Shown one piece after another: positions 29,684-42,154 of a stretch of DNA of 64,000 nucleotides (positions are counted from its first letter, which is position 1; every line of letters starts with the position of its first letter). The notes under the pieces were generated by a model. That model worked only from the letters and a program-made list of their open reading frames with translations, searched no databases and was not told where the DNA came from. The translations under genes were made by a program, and so were the position numbers. Source of the stretch: Nitrospirota bacterium (GTDB taxonomy: Bacteria > Nitrospirota > Nitrospiria > Nitrospirales > NS-4). The stretch covers positions 704,001-768,000 of the forward strand of contig CAWBGA010000017.1 in assembly GCA_963788195.1 (NCBI GenBank), written 5' to 3'.

Positions 29684-31857
29684 TTCGTCTCCTGCCAACT
29701 GCGAATGCGGCGGGTCTGGAGTACCCCGTCGATCCGCTCGACCGCTTTGAGCACGCGATCAAGGTGTGCCGTGTTTTGAATCTCCACGATAAAGTGGAAC
29801 AATGCCTTTCGATCTTCGCGGGTGGTAATCTCGGCGCGGCTGATATTTGCTTCCGCGTTCGTGATCGCGGCCGAGACGTTCGCCAGCATGCCCGGCTTGT
29901 CGACCGTTAACGTCGAAATCTTTACCGGCACAGTGGAGGGATGGGCAGTGTCCCAGTCCACTTCCACCAGGCGGGCCTTATCATAGTCCAGGGCATCCAG
30001 GTTCGGGCAGTCCGCTGTATGGATCGTCAGCCCCCGGCCGCGGGTGATGTAGCCGATGATGCGATCGCCGGGCACCGGCGCGCAGCATTTAGACAGCCGC
30101 ATCATGAGATCGTCCACACCGCGGACCTTGACTCGGTCCTCAGTTGCAGGTCGCTTCGCGACTGCCTTATCAACATCCGGCGTCACCTGTTCCGTCGCCG
30201 CCTCTGCTCCCTCCGATGTCAGACGATGAGCAATCTGCGTCGCGGAGACGCGCCCATACCCGATTGAGGCCAAGAGATCGTTCGAATCCGATAATCCCAA
30301 CTCCCGGGCGAGTTCTAGAAAGCGTCCGGTCTTGAGCACGGAGCCGAGCCCAAGATTTTGCCGGCGGAGCTCCCGCTCTAAGAGACGTTTCCCGAGTTCC
30401 AAGCTGTGCTTGGCTTCTTCGATCCTGAGCCAATGTTTGATCTTAGTCTTGGCTCGGGGCGTCTTGACAAACTTGAGCCAGTCTTTGTGTGGGACCTGTC
30501 CCGGCGAGGTCAGAATCTCCACGCTGTCGCCGTTCTTGAGTTGATATTTCAGGGGCGCCATCTTGCCGTTAACTTTCGCGCCGCTGCAGTGATCGCCGAT
30601 CGCCGTGTGAATCGCGTACGCGAAGTCTATGGGGGTGGCCCCCTTGACCAGTTCCTTGACGGCGCCCTTCGGAGTAAAAACGTAGACCACGTCGGAAAAC
30701 AGATTCAGCTTGACGGAATCCATGAACTGACGGTTATCGGTAAGGTCTTGATGCGACTCCAGAAGCTGCCGCAGCCAGCTGAAAACGAGTTTGTCGCGCT
30801 CGTCGATCTCGCCCCGCTCTTTGTAGGTCCAGTGCGCGGCGATGCCTTCCTCCGCCACGCGATGCATCTCGCGGGTACGGATTTGAAACTCGACATGCTC
30901 TCCCTTGGGACCGGCGACGGTTGTGTGCAGCGACTGGTAGTGGTTAGACTTCGGCACCCCGATGTAATCCTTAAATCTCCCCGGGACCGGCCGCCACAGG
31001 GAATGGATGAGTCCCATGATCGCGTAGCAATTCATCTGGGTGTCGGTGATCACCCGAACTGCGGTGAGGTCATAGATCTCCTCGAATGAGATCTCCTGCT
31101 CTTCCATTTTTTGGTAGACGGAGTAGAGATGTTTGGGGCGGCCCATGACATCACCGGCCAACCCGTACTCGGCCAGCTTCGTCTTGACGATGCCGATCAC
31201 ATCCTGGATGTACTGCTCGCGCTCCTCAACGCGTTTGGCGACTCGCGCCGCCAGCGCGGCGTACACATCCGGCTTGAGGGTCTTGAAGCAGAGATCCTCC
31301 AGCTCGCCGCGCATCCACCCGATCCCAAGCCGGTTCGCCAGGGGCGCATAGATCTCGATGGTCTCCTGGGCGATTTTTTGCTGCTGGGTGGGATCAAGAT
31401 GTTCAATCGTCCGCATGTTATGGAGGCGATCCGCAAGCTTGATGAGGATGACCCGGATGTCGTCAGCCATCGAGATCAGCATCTTGCGAAAGTTCTCCGC
31501 CTGCTTCTCCTCATAACTCTTGAAATGGATCTTTCCAATTTTGGTGACGCCCTCCACCAGGCGCGCCACGTCCTTGCCGAATTCTTCCTCGATTTGCGCC
31601 CGGGTACGGAGGGTGTCCTCGATCGTGTCGTGCATGAGACCGGCGACGATGGCCGGTACATCAAGTTTAAGCGCGACCAGAATTTCGGCGACCGCCAGAG
31701 GATGCGCCACATACGGTTCTCCAGAGCGCCGGAGCTGTCCTTCGTGGGCGTGTGCCGAGAACTCATACGCCCGCCGAATCACTTCCACTTGCGCCTCCGG
31801 ATTGTAGCGCCGTACTTTCTCGATGAGTTCGTCGATGCCGATGGCCGTGGTCAGCAT
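29680..31857 (-). CDS. relA: Bifunctional (p)ppGpp synthetase/hydrolase
   Basis: HD domain (RRSGEPYVAHP, MHDTIED), KLADRLHNMRT, synthetase (KDYI..PK.N.YQSLHT), TGS and ACT domains. Confidence 0.96.
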   Translation of the reverse strand: MLTTAIGIDELIEKVRRYNPEAQVEVIRRAYEFSAHAHEGQLRRSGEPYVAHPLAVAEILVALKLDVPAIVAGLMHDTIEDTLRTRAQIEEEFGKDVARLVEGVTKIGKIHFKSYEEKQAENFRKMLISMADDIRVILIKLADRLHNMRTIEHLDPTQQQKIAQETIEIYAPLANRLGIGWMRGELEDLCFKTLKPDVYAALAARVAKRVEEREQYIQDVIGIVKTKLAEYGLAGDVMGRPKHLYSVYQKMEEQEISFEEIYDLTAVRVITDTQMNCYAIMGLIHSLWRPVPGRFKDYIGVPKSNHYQSLHTTVAGPKGEHVEFQIRTREMHRVAEEGIAAHWTYKERGEIDERDKLVFSWLRQLLESHQDLTDNRQFMDSVKLNLFSDVVYVFTPKGAVKELVKGATPIDFAYAIHTAIGDHCSGAKVNGKMAPLKYQLKNGDSVEILTSPGQVPHKDWLKFVKTPRAKTKIKHWLRIEEAKHSLELGKRLLERELRRQNLGLGSVLKTGRFLELARELGLSDSNDLLASIGYGRVSATQIAHRLTSEGAEAATEQVTPDVDKAVAKRPATEDRVKVRGVDDLMMRLSKCCAPVPGDRIIGYITRGRGLTIHTADCPNLDALDYDKARLVEVDWDTAHPSTVPVKISTLTVDKPGMLANVSAAITNAEANISRAEITTREDRKALFHFIVEIQNTAHLDRVLKAVERIDGVLQTRRIRSWQETK

Positions 31858-32027
31858 GAGACGACATCCCCACATTGACTCGGCCGCACGTCCTTGAGGA
31901 GACCTTCCGTCAGCGCACGTCGGGCATGGTCATTAGAAGGCCGGATATGCCATTGCCTGAAGGCTGGAGAGAGCATGCAATTTACCTACGTACAATCAAC
32001 ATACGATGACCTCACCAACGCTCCCGA

Positions 32028-32056
32028 ATCATAGTCCAGGCTCTGCGGCTTGTCAA
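32028..32056 (-). promoter_or_regulatory. Putative sigma70 promoter for relA
   Basis: TTGACA-17 nt-TATGAT on the minus strand. Confidence 0.6.
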
Positions 32057-32125
32057 ACGCCGGCGCACGGAAATGTACGTAAACTGAACTAGGGATGACA
32101 GAGAGGAGTCGACGCCCTGACTGGC

Positions 32126-32662
32126 TTACGAGGCGGCTTTCGCAGGCACCACACTGAAGCGCAGTGTCCCGATTGGACTCATGTCGAAATCGCCGGTACC
32201 CGTGAACATCTGGACCTTGTATTGGCCAATGGGCCATCCCTTGTCAGGGCGCTTTATCGACACATAGCCGGATTCGTCCTCGGTCATGAGGATCATTGAG
32301 TCGGTGCCTAGGATATGATTCGCCGGGACCTCGTCGGCGCGCTCGACCGACCAGCGTCCTGAAACCCTGAATTCGCTGTCATGCTGATGGGTATGGAAAA
32401 CGACGAAAATCTCCGGCACATCATCAGTGAAAATGGTGCTGGGTGTGACCGGTACGATCTCAAAGCTCCGATATTGACCCATGATCATTTCTTGGCCGTG
32501 AGCGGTGACGATTGAAGAGAATAATCCTGCGGGGTGCCTGTTTTCGTAAGAGTTGGGATCTTCGATCGCGGAGGAAGAGGACGCCAACTCGGCGTAGCAC
32601 GGAAAAGTCAAACTGCAGACGGCAATGAAAGCTCCAAGGATGATTGCAAAGACTGCCTTCAC
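32126..32662 (-). CDS. Secreted hypothetical protein (beta-sandwich-like)
   Basis: Signal peptide; GWPIGQYKVQM; GTG start overlaps the pup stop by 4 bp. Confidence 0.65.
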   Translation of the reverse strand: MKAVFAIILGAFIAVCSLTFPCYAELASSSSAIEDPNSYENRHPAGLFSSIVTAHGQEMIMGQYRSFEIVPVTPSTIFTDDVPEIFVVFHTHQHDSEFRVSGRWSVERADEVPANHILGTDSMILMTEDESGYVSIKRPDKGWPIGQYKVQMFTGTGDFDMSPIGTLRFSVVPAKAAS

Positions 32663-32856
32663 TGCCCCCCCTTCTGTACATAGTTCTTGATAAATTCTTC
32701 GGCATTTTCCTCAAGAACGTCGTCGATTTCGTCGACCAACTTATCCATTTCCTCCTTAAGCTTTTTGCCGCCCTCAACGGTCTTGGGATTGGCCTTCGCA
32801 TCCTCCTTCGCCTGAGGGCTGCGTTTCGGCTCGGTTTTTCTCTCCTGCTTGTCCAT
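32659..32856 (-). CDS. pup: Prokaryotic ubiquitin-like protein Pup
   Basis: C-terminal DEIDDVLEENAEEFIKNYVQKGGQ, the Pup signature; GGGAGG RBS; TTGACG-17-TAAGCT promoter at 32922-32950. Confidence 0.93.
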   Translation of the reverse strand: MDKQERKTEPKRSPQAKEDAKANPKTVEGGKKLKEEMDKLVDEIDDVLEENAEEFIKNYVQKGGQ

Positions 32857-33008
32857 GATGCCCCTCCCGGTATTTCTCCGCGCCCCGTCCGGCGTTTCTA
32901 CAGCAGGTTATAACGAATCTCAGCTTACCGCACGATATACGTCACGTCAAGAACACCAGCAGAGCGATGACCCTACTATTGCCCCCGCCTGAAGAAAGGT
33001 GAAGAAAA

Positions 33009-33079
33009 GGGACAGGCTACTTTGTTTAAGGCATTCTCTTAAACCGTAGCAGAAAACCTCAAACAAAGTAGCCTGTCCC
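33009..33079. repeat. REP/MITE-like inverted repeat (19 bp arms) right after the hppA stop; may act as a terminator
   Basis: gggacaggctactttgttt (33009-33027) ... aaacaaagtagcctgtccc (33061-33079). Confidence 0.8.
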
Positions 33080-33084
33080 CCTTG

Positions 33085-35154
<2,070 letters not shown>

Positions 35155-35168
35155 ACAAAGGATCTCCT

Positions 35169-35260
35169 TTAAATGGGGTCAGAGTCGAATTTAAAGTCCA
35201 AAGTTTAGCGTATCGGTATAGGAAATCGAGTCTGCGAAATTCGACTCTGACCCCATTTAA
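35169..35260. repeat. REP/MITE-like perfect 24 bp inverted repeat in the hppA leader
   Basis: ttaaatggggtcagagtcgaattt (35169-35192) ... aaattcgactctgaccccatttaa (35237-35260). Confidence 0.85.
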
Positions 35261-35418
35261 GACGAAACGGCCGCTCATTCTATACGGCCACCGGGCACTG
35301 TTCAAGCTCTTTACGACAGGAGGAGTGAATGTCTTACGGAGAAGATTCTTTATGAACAGGAGGCAACTTGCCGCGATGAATGGGACCTGCTATAGTGACC
35401 AGCGTTGGATGTCCAGGA

Positions 35419-35673
35419 ATGCCGACCGAGCCACAGTACATCGTCGTTGATCAGAAATCCTTTACCAAGGAAGACTTGGTACTTGACAACCACGTATACA
35501 GAAACTGTCAGTTAGATCACTGCCGCCTATACTATAGCGGCGGCCCCTTCGAGTTAATCGATACACACATCACCAATTCTGAACTCGTTCTCAATCAACC
35601 AGCCAAAAATATTTACGCAGCCACGCAGATCTTTCGCACCAAGTCCCCAAGCTCCACGATCGTCTTCGAGTAG
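35419..35673 (+). CDS. Small hypothetical protein
   Basis: Protein-like ORF LVLDNHVYRNCQLDHCRLYYSGG in an otherwise empty gap; start uncertain. Confidence 0.55.
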   Translation: MPTEPQYIVVDQKSFTKEDLVLDNHVYRNCQLDHCRLYYSGGPFELIDTHITNSELVLNQPAKNIYAATQIFRTKSPSSTIVFE

Positions 35674-35710
35674 CCCGGCCCTCTGGCGTTCACCGATTTC
35701 CCGCTGCCCG

Positions 35711-36965
35711 TTACAGGCAAGGCAGTTTCCTGAGCTTTCCATCCGACACCTTGGTGTTTCCGCATCGCTTGGTGATCTCGGATGTCTTGAAGACCGGATC
35801 GGAATACTTCGTGGACGCAAAAGATGCTACCCGCTTCGCAAAGCTCTCCGGCCAGCGGTCGGCAGGAGTCGCGTAATGCAGCGAGATCTCAACGTCAAAG
35901 GACGGGGTGTTTGTAGGCGTTGCAAAGACAAAGCTTTCCGTGCGCGTCTCATCCGCCTTTAACGTCGTGTCCTCGACGAGTTTCACGGCGTCATGATCCA
36001 ACACGGTCTTGTTGCCTTTGGCATCGGCAAAGGTGCGGCCATAGGTACGCTTTTCCCGGACGGCCTCGGTTAAGTTACGGCCTTTGATGACCACCTGTAA
36101 GTACACCTGATTCCAAATGGGATGCGTTGTAGGGACATTATGCGGCACCAGATTCTTGACCTTCACTGTCAGCTTAGTCTTATCTCCTTGGGCTTCGGTA
36201 TCATAATCTAGGTCAAATGCTTGCTTGCGCAAAGCGGGCGACTTGCCGTTAAATTCATGACCCGCGATATCTCGCTTTTTCTCCTCATTCGCTGACTCCC
36301 CGAACCCTTGCGGCATGTGACAGGTCTGGCACGTCTTGCCTTCCTTTGCCGCCTTGCTCCCTTTCCAATCTCCCACGGCCTCCGCTTGGGGAACAGACGT
36401 CGGCGAAATGGTATGGCACGCAAGGCACAGATCGGATTTCTTATAGAGCTCCAGGAACTCGGTATCGTGGGCCTTGCTTTCGATGAAATCCTTATAGCCG
36501 CCGAACACGGTGCGTCCGGGCTCAAGTTTGAGAGGAGGAGTTGCCCTTGACGTTCGGTTCCACGCTCTTAATCAGATGACACTGAATGCAGCCCACGCCT
36601 TCGAAATTCGGATCGCCGGTGATGATTTGTTTGACCATAGTCTCGGCAAGATCAGGAAACACCACGGCCTGCGGGGCATGACAGTTCAGGCAGTAACGCT
36701 TGTCCTGGTTCTTGGAGGCGTAGTCCTCCAGCATTGCCCGAAACGTCGGCGTGACAATGGCCCGCGCCACAATGGATTCTTCGTACTCCTCAAAGGATCG
36801 GAGATGGCACTTCTTGCATTTCGATGAGGCCGGAAAGACTTTTTCTGGGGTCAGGGCGGCGTCATCCTTCGCAAAAGAGCCATGAAACCACCCCGCGCCG
36901 ACGAGGACGGCGATGACAACGAAGCCGATCATGATCGCTCTTACTTGCTGCAAACCCAATTTCAT
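35711..36965 (-). CDS. Periplasmic pentaheme cytochrome c (c554-like N-terminal domain); frameshift near 36520
   Basis: CKKCH, CLNCH and CIQCH in ORF 36522-36980; CLACH and CQTCH in ORF 35711-36508; GAGGAG RBS. Confidence 0.85.
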
Positions 36966-37046
36966 AGCGTCTCTCCTCACGCATCAGTTCCTATGTGCGG
37001 GTGTTCAGCCACAAAGCGGGCGTGGCCGGGCCCGGATCGCTCCGGC

Positions 37047-38337
37047 CTAGAGAGGCATCGTCCTGAACGTCAGAATGCGGGGTTCTGCATAATTGGCAAT
37101 CAAACGAGTCGCCTTGTCGCGATCGGCGTCCGACGCGAGAGTTTTTAGATAACCGTCTAACAGCCCGGCTTCCGGTTTCGGGATCAAACTATAGGTCAAG
37201 ACTACGTCGAGCAGCATCCCCTCGCCTTCCTGGCTGAGGGCCAGCGCGAAAGGCACATGCTTCGTTGTCCCTCCTTTCACCAGGATGTCGCCCAACGGCT
37301 GCTCCAACAGGTTCCCGTAGGAGTTCCCGAAATTCTTCTGCACCGTCCCCAAGAGGCGCCCGTTTTTATCTTTGACACTGACGGTGAGATAAAATTGCTT
37401 CAAAACGGGATCGCCGTCAGGAAAATTATGGGGAACCGCGCCGTTCATGACGGCAATCTCGCCTTCGACTGCTGTCCCCTTCCGTTCAGCCTTCACTTCC
37501 AATCGCGGCATCCATTCGGCCTGGAGATTACGGTTTTTCAGCATTAACCCCGGGATTACGATTCCGCGAAAATAATGACGGGCGATGTCTCGAGTCAGGG
37601 CGCCCCGCTTTGAGGTCGAGCTCCCGGTGGTTTGCTCCATATGACACGACTGGCACACGGTGCCCTCGAGGATGTCGCTGTCTATCGACGGGCTGCGGTG
37701 GTCGCGCACTTTTTCGAAGTGGCAGGACGTGCAAAAATTGGCGCCCTTATAAAGAGGCGACGCAAACGAGTTATGGACCATGTTGTCTTCGGAATCTTTG
37801 AACGGTCCGAACATGGTCTTCCCCGCGCTGATTTCAAACGCAGGTACCTGCTTCGTATCCTCGACCAATTTTTCGACCATGTGGCAGGAGGCGCAACTAA
37901 TGCCTTCGACCGTCACCTTCCCGGTCATTACCTGCTCGATAATCCGATCGGTGTGTTGAGGGAAAACTTTCACGGCGGGGGCGTGGCAGGAAAGGCACTG
38001 CTGACGTTTCTCAGCGCTCGGCTTGGTCTGCAACCAAAGACCCATCACGGTCTTGAAGATCGGGGAGGGAAGCGCCGTACCATGGAGCAAAGCGGCGTCA
38101 ATGCGCCCCATGAGCTTCAGATCCATGGTCATTTCCCGCAACCCGGCCATTTCTTCGTAATGGCGGTCGTGGCATTGTCGGCACACCTCGGATCGAAGAA
38201 AGACCTGCTCGATCTCTTCGACCCATGGCTCTTTCGTTGACTTTTTTCTCCTGGCCGGCCCCGTCCTGTTCGAGCGTGGTCCCGAATCCTGCCAGCACAA
38301 ACACGAGCAAGCCGGCCATGACCGCCCCGCGATTCAT
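37047..38337 (-). CDS. Periplasmic pentaheme cytochrome c, paralog of the downstream gene; frameshift near 38250
   Basis: Signal MNRGAVMAGLLVFVLAG in one frame; CRQCH, CLSCH, CASCH, CTSCH and CQSCH in ORF 37047-38300; PHNFPDG. Confidence 0.85.
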
Positions 38338-38372
38338 AGTCGTCCTCCGGGACACCTGACAGCCACCATGAA

Positions 38373-38852
38373 CTAGTCGCTCTCTTTGGGTACAAAATGG
38401 AAGTTCATTTGACCACCCTGCCCCTGATTCTCGGGGTTCGTGGGCTCCCACGTGCCCACCGTGAAGTTGCCCTTCTCCAAGGCATCCGGTAACAGACGCC
38501 CGAGGTCGTCCAGATTGCGCACCGGGACCTTGTTGATCTCGGTGATCACCGCTCCCACTTTAATGCCCGCTTTTTCCCCCAAGCTGTCTCCGATGATGTC
38601 CATTACCGCGACGCCTTCAGCCGCACGAAGATTGAGCTCTTTGCGGATGTCCTCGGTGACGGGCTGAACAATGACGCCCAACTGCTGCTCGGCCATCTCG
38701 ATCACAGCTTGGTTTCGTTCCTTTTCCGCCAGCTTGTCGGGTGGCAGGGCAACCGGCTTGGAAGCGATCGAGGGATTTGCCGTTGCGAGCGTCAGCGGAC
38801 CCGTAGAGGCCCATAAAAGACTGATGGCCAGGACGAGGATAATTCGACGCAT
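38373..38852 (-). CDS. Secreted stand-alone PDZ domain protein
   Basis: Signal peptide; LGVIVQPVT, GVAVMDI..DSLGEKAGIKVGAVITEIN. Confidence 0.82.
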   Translation of the reverse strand: MRRIILVLAISLLWASTGPLTLATANPSIASKPVALPPDKLAEKERNQAVIEMAEQQLGVIVQPVTEDIRKELNLRAAEGVAVMDIIGDSLGEKAGIKVGAVITEINKVPVRNLDDLGRLLPDALEKGNFTVGTWEPTNPENQGQGGQMNFHFVPKESD

Positions 38853-38855
38853 GTC

Positions 38856-39674
38856 TTAGGCTTTCCCCGGGTCGGTCGTAATGGGATCCAAGATGAGCTG
38901 CAACCACGGGGCGACGGCCTTCTGCCCGTTACGCTCCTTGTTCTCGCCGTTCCATAACGCAAACGCCACGGTTTGGACGCGTCCAGGACCAAAGAGGGCG
39001 TCATTGTCGGGATCCCGGGTCTCCAGCGCTCGCTTGAACACGACCTTCCAGCGGCCTTGCTCCCAGATGGCATTGCCTTGAACCGTGCCCTGACCGCGTT
39101 TGCTTGTGAGCGTGCTAAAGCCCCCGCCCAACAGATCCTCGACAGACGAGGCGCGTCGTGGAATCACTTCAAAGCGACGCACTTCGCTTTCACCGCTGGC
39201 TTTGCGCTCAGTCTCTTTAGCCTTGCGCCGCTCAATATCCGTCTGCCAATCCGCCTTCCAGTGCCAAATGTTCAGATAATGGTCGAGCTGTCCCATGCAA
39301 AAAAAGGCCGGCGCATCGCCAAGCGGGAAAGCCATTGCGGCGCCGTCCCGAAATGTTCCGGGCGTCAAACGATCATTCTTGGTGGGGTCTTGCCACTCCA
39401 GGAGGAAAACGATGTCCTTACCGCTATGGAGCGATCGAACGGTTACTGACTTAATGGTGGGATCGGGAAGCGTCGGCCGCGTGATGACTTGACCGCTGAG
39501 GGGGAGCACGATGGGAGTCGATTTTTCCCACAGCGGCGATTTGGGCTCAAAAGGGAGTTCTCCTGCGAGATATTGCGAGCGGATGAAAAGCCCTTGGGAA
39601 CTCACCACCTGTACCCCCAGGCCGTAGAGCACGAGGAGCACAACAAGCGCCACGCCCGTAGTCTTCCACCCCAT
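38856..39674 (-). CDS. Ethylbenzene dehydrogenase gamma-like (EB_dh/DOMON) heme b protein, NxrC-like
   Basis: LSGQVIT.P, LEWQDPT, FRDGAAMAFP, CMG, IWHWKA, GFSTLT, AFALWNG...ERNGQK. Confidence 0.85.
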   Translation of the reverse strand: MGWKTTGVALVVLLVLYGLGVQVVSSQGLFIRSQYLAGELPFEPKSPLWEKSTPIVLPLSGQVITRPTLPDPTIKSVTVRSLHSGKDIVFLLEWQDPTKNDRLTPGTFRDGAAMAFPLGDAPAFFCMGQLDHYLNIWHWKADWQTDIERRKAKETERKASGESEVRRFEVIPRRASSVEDLLGGGFSTLTSKRGQGTVQGNAIWEQGRWKVVFKRALETRDPDNDALFGPGRVQTVAFALWNGENKERNGQKAVAPWLQLILDPITTDPGKA

Positions 39675-39707
39675 GATCTTATCCCCTGCGCGTAACCGCA
39701 GCTTACG

Positions 39708-40967
39708 CTAGTACAATTTCAGCCGGCGAATTTTATTCTCCCCACGCTCGCAGATAAAAAGAAACCCGTTCGCATCCAAGGCGAGCCCCGCGGGGGAATT
39801 CACCACCGCGTCGACTGCTATACGGCCGTCTCCATGCTTGATCATCTCCTTGTCGACGGCTTTGACGAACTTCGCCATCCCGCAACCGCCCATGTTTCCG
39901 GAATCCTTGTAGCCGCTCTCGCCGTTGCCGGCGATCGTCGTGATCACCCGGGTTCCCGCATCCACTCGCCGCACACGGTGATTCATCGCATCGGCGATGT
40001 ACATGTCGCCGCGCGGGTCGAATGCGATTGCCTCGGGGGCATTCAGCATGGCCTGGGTCGCCGGCTTATCGTCTCCGTCGTACCCGTAAAAGCAGACGCC
40101 GGCTGCTGTCGTGACGATCCCAGTGTTTCTGTCGATCCTGCGTATGCGGTTACTGCCTTTGTCCGCAACGTAGACGTCGTCGTTGGCGTCCGTGGCAATC
40201 CCTGTGGGGTCATGAAAACGGACTTGGGACCCTGGCTTTCCGTCGTCGTAAAACACGCTCATGTCCATACCATCGGTGTCGCACGGCGGGCGCAGCCACC
40301 CGTGGTCATCGCTGAAATCGATGCCGATGGCGTCTCCCGAAAGCACAACCAGGTTCTTAGCAATGAGCGGGCTATCGCGGACGTCGTCTTCATGAGACCA
40401 GGTGCCGGCGATCGTCGTGACCTCTTTTGTTCCGGGATCATAGATCCGGATGCGATGCGCCTGAGCATCGACGATCAGGAGGCGGTCTTGAGAATCGAAC
40501 GCGATCGCGCTCGGGTACGTCAGATTAACTTCAAGGGCCGGCCCATCACCGGAAAATCCGAAGTCCCCGGTCCCCACGACGGTGTCGATGATCCCCGTCT
40601 GCATGTCAATCTTGCGAATTCGATTGCTTCCGGAGTCGCAAATGTACAGGTCCCCCCGGGAGTCAAACGCCACGTCCAAGGGCAGGTAGAGACCGGCTTC
40701 GCTGGCGGGACCCCCGTCCCCGCTGTAACACGTCTCGCCGATCCCAGCCATGTGGCTGATGATCCCGGTCGCAATCTCGATCCGACGTATCCGGTCACTT
40801 CCGGATTCGGCGAAATACAGGTACTCACCGGAAGGATCGATGGCAAGACTGACTGGAAGTGGGAGACCCGCTTTCGTGGCGACCTTCCCATCGCCGGTAC
40901 TTCGCGATTTGCCGTTGCCCGCGAAGGTTTCGATGATGCCTATTGACGTGACGACGGTCTCTTCCAT
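39708..40967 (-). CDS. NHL-repeat beta-propeller protein
   Basis: Repeated AG.G..G.SGDGG.A..A.L..P..VAFD..G.LYI.D...NRIR.ID motifs; no signal peptide. Confidence 0.88.
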   Translation of the reverse strand: MEETVVTSIGIIETFAGNGKSRSTGDGKVATKAGLPLPVSLAIDPSGEYLYFAESGSDRIRRIEIATGIISHMAGIGETCYSGDGGPASEAGLYLPLDVAFDSRGDLYICDSGSNRIRKIDMQTGIIDTVVGTGDFGFSGDGPALEVNLTYPSAIAFDSQDRLLIVDAQAHRIRIYDPGTKEVTTIAGTWSHEDDVRDSPLIAKNLVVLSGDAIGIDFSDDHGWLRPPCDTDGMDMSVFYDDGKPGSQVRFHDPTGIATDANDDVYVADKGSNRIRRIDRNTGIVTTAAGVCFYGYDGDDKPATQAMLNAPEAIAFDPRGDMYIADAMNHRVRRVDAGTRVITTIAGNGESGYKDSGNMGGCGMAKFVKAVDKEMIKHGDGRIAVDAVVNSPAGLALDANGFLFICERGENKIRRLKLY

Positions 40968-40987
40968 GGCTGTGACCTCGGTTCTGG

Positions 40988-41269
40988 CTAGACTTTCGGT
41001 GGTTCGGAGATCACCGGCCCGGTGGCAGGCGGTACAGAGCTATGGAGGGGACCCCCCGGCGGCACTCCTGAGGGCATCGCCCCCGGTTGATTCTCCTCTT
41101 GTCTCGAGGCTTCCAACTCAATGGCATCCGCTTCATGAACAGATTTCTTGAAGCCTTTGATGGCTTTGCCCAAACCTTCGCCGAGTTGGGGCAGCTTGCC
41201 GGCCCCGAAGATAATCAGCACGATAAACAAGATCAGAACCAACTCTGTGATGCCCATACTTCCAAACAT
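40988..41269 (-). CDS. tatA: Twin-arginine translocase TatA/E
   Basis: MGITELVLILFIVLIIFGAGKLPQLGEGLGKAIKGFKKS. Confidence 0.95.
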   Translation of the reverse strand: MFGSMGITELVLILFIVLIIFGAGKLPQLGEGLGKAIKGFKKSVHEADAIELEASRQEENQPGAMPSGVPPGGPLHSSVPPATGPVISEPPKV

Positions 41270-41290
41270 AGCGCGCCCCCTTGTAGTCGG

Positions 41291-42121
41291 TTACTTGTCC
41301 TTGGATTCCACAGGCCGTCGCGACGCGAACCGCGCCTTTAGACGCTCCCGTGTTTGATCAGCTTCTGTAAACCGCTTGGTCTTCTCGTACGTGCTGATCA
41401 AGTTATAGTATGCCAGAGGTTCGTCTGGATTGCTCTGCACGGCGCCTTCAAGCACGAGAATCGCCTCATCGGGCTTCCTCATGTTCATATGAATTTCCAT
41501 TAAGGCGAAGGCGGCTTCAAGATTGTGGGGGTCCAGCTCAAGCACACGGCGATAGGCCATGATCGACGCGTCAATCGTGTGAAGATCCGAGACATTACGC
41601 AACTCGAGCTTCTCATACACTTTACCCAACTGAAACCACGCGATGGGATCGTCCGGTGCAACTTCAACCAGCCGCTCATAGAGATCCTTGGCCTCCATGT
41701 AGTCGTCCTGATCAAAACGTGCCCGTCCCAGGTTAAATAAGGCTAACACATCACGCGGGTTGATCGACAGCGCCTTCCGATACTGTTCCATCGCCTCATC
41801 CAGCTTATTCTGCGTCGCGAGAATCGTGCCAAGATTGGCATAGTACATCGCAAGAGACTCCGCCATCTGCGCCCGGAGGCCTTCCGCGATCTCGATGGCT
41901 TTCGAAACATTCGTATAGGCCTCGTCCAACATCCCCTTGGCAAAATAGACCTCGCCCAGCCGGCACTGGGCCTGGAAGTCATCGGGGTCAGTCTCCAGCA
42001 GTTTCTTGATTTCCACGATCTCATCGTCCAGTGTCAGCGGCAACTCCGCAGTCGCTTCCGGCGCCGCGTCGGAGACGTTCACTTGTTCATCGCGCTGGGT
42101 TTCCGGCACATCTTTCTCCAT
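41291..42121 (-). CDS. Tetratricopeptide repeat protein
   Basis: Multiple 34-aa TPR patterns (YANLG..LA...KLDEA...YRKAL.INP). Confidence 0.88.
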   Translation of the reverse strand: MEKDVPETQRDEQVNVSDAAPEATAELPLTLDDEIVEIKKLLETDPDDFQAQCRLGEVYFAKGMLDEAYTNVSKAIEIAEGLRAQMAESLAMYYANLGTILATQNKLDEAMEQYRKALSINPRDVLALFNLGRARFDQDDYMEAKDLYERLVEVAPDDPIAWFQLGKVYEKLELRNVSDLHTIDASIMAYRRVLELDPHNLEAAFALMEIHMNMRKPDEAILVLEGAVQSNPDEPLAYYNLISTYEKTKRFTEADQTRERLKARFASRRPVESKDK

Positions 42122-42154
42122 CAGTACTTCCTTCTGTAAAACAGTCGTTGACCG

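Noticed and set aside
32659..32856. UBact rather than Pup
   Set aside because: The C-terminus has the Pup signature (IDDVLEENAEEF...YVQKGGQ), not the UBact-type ending.
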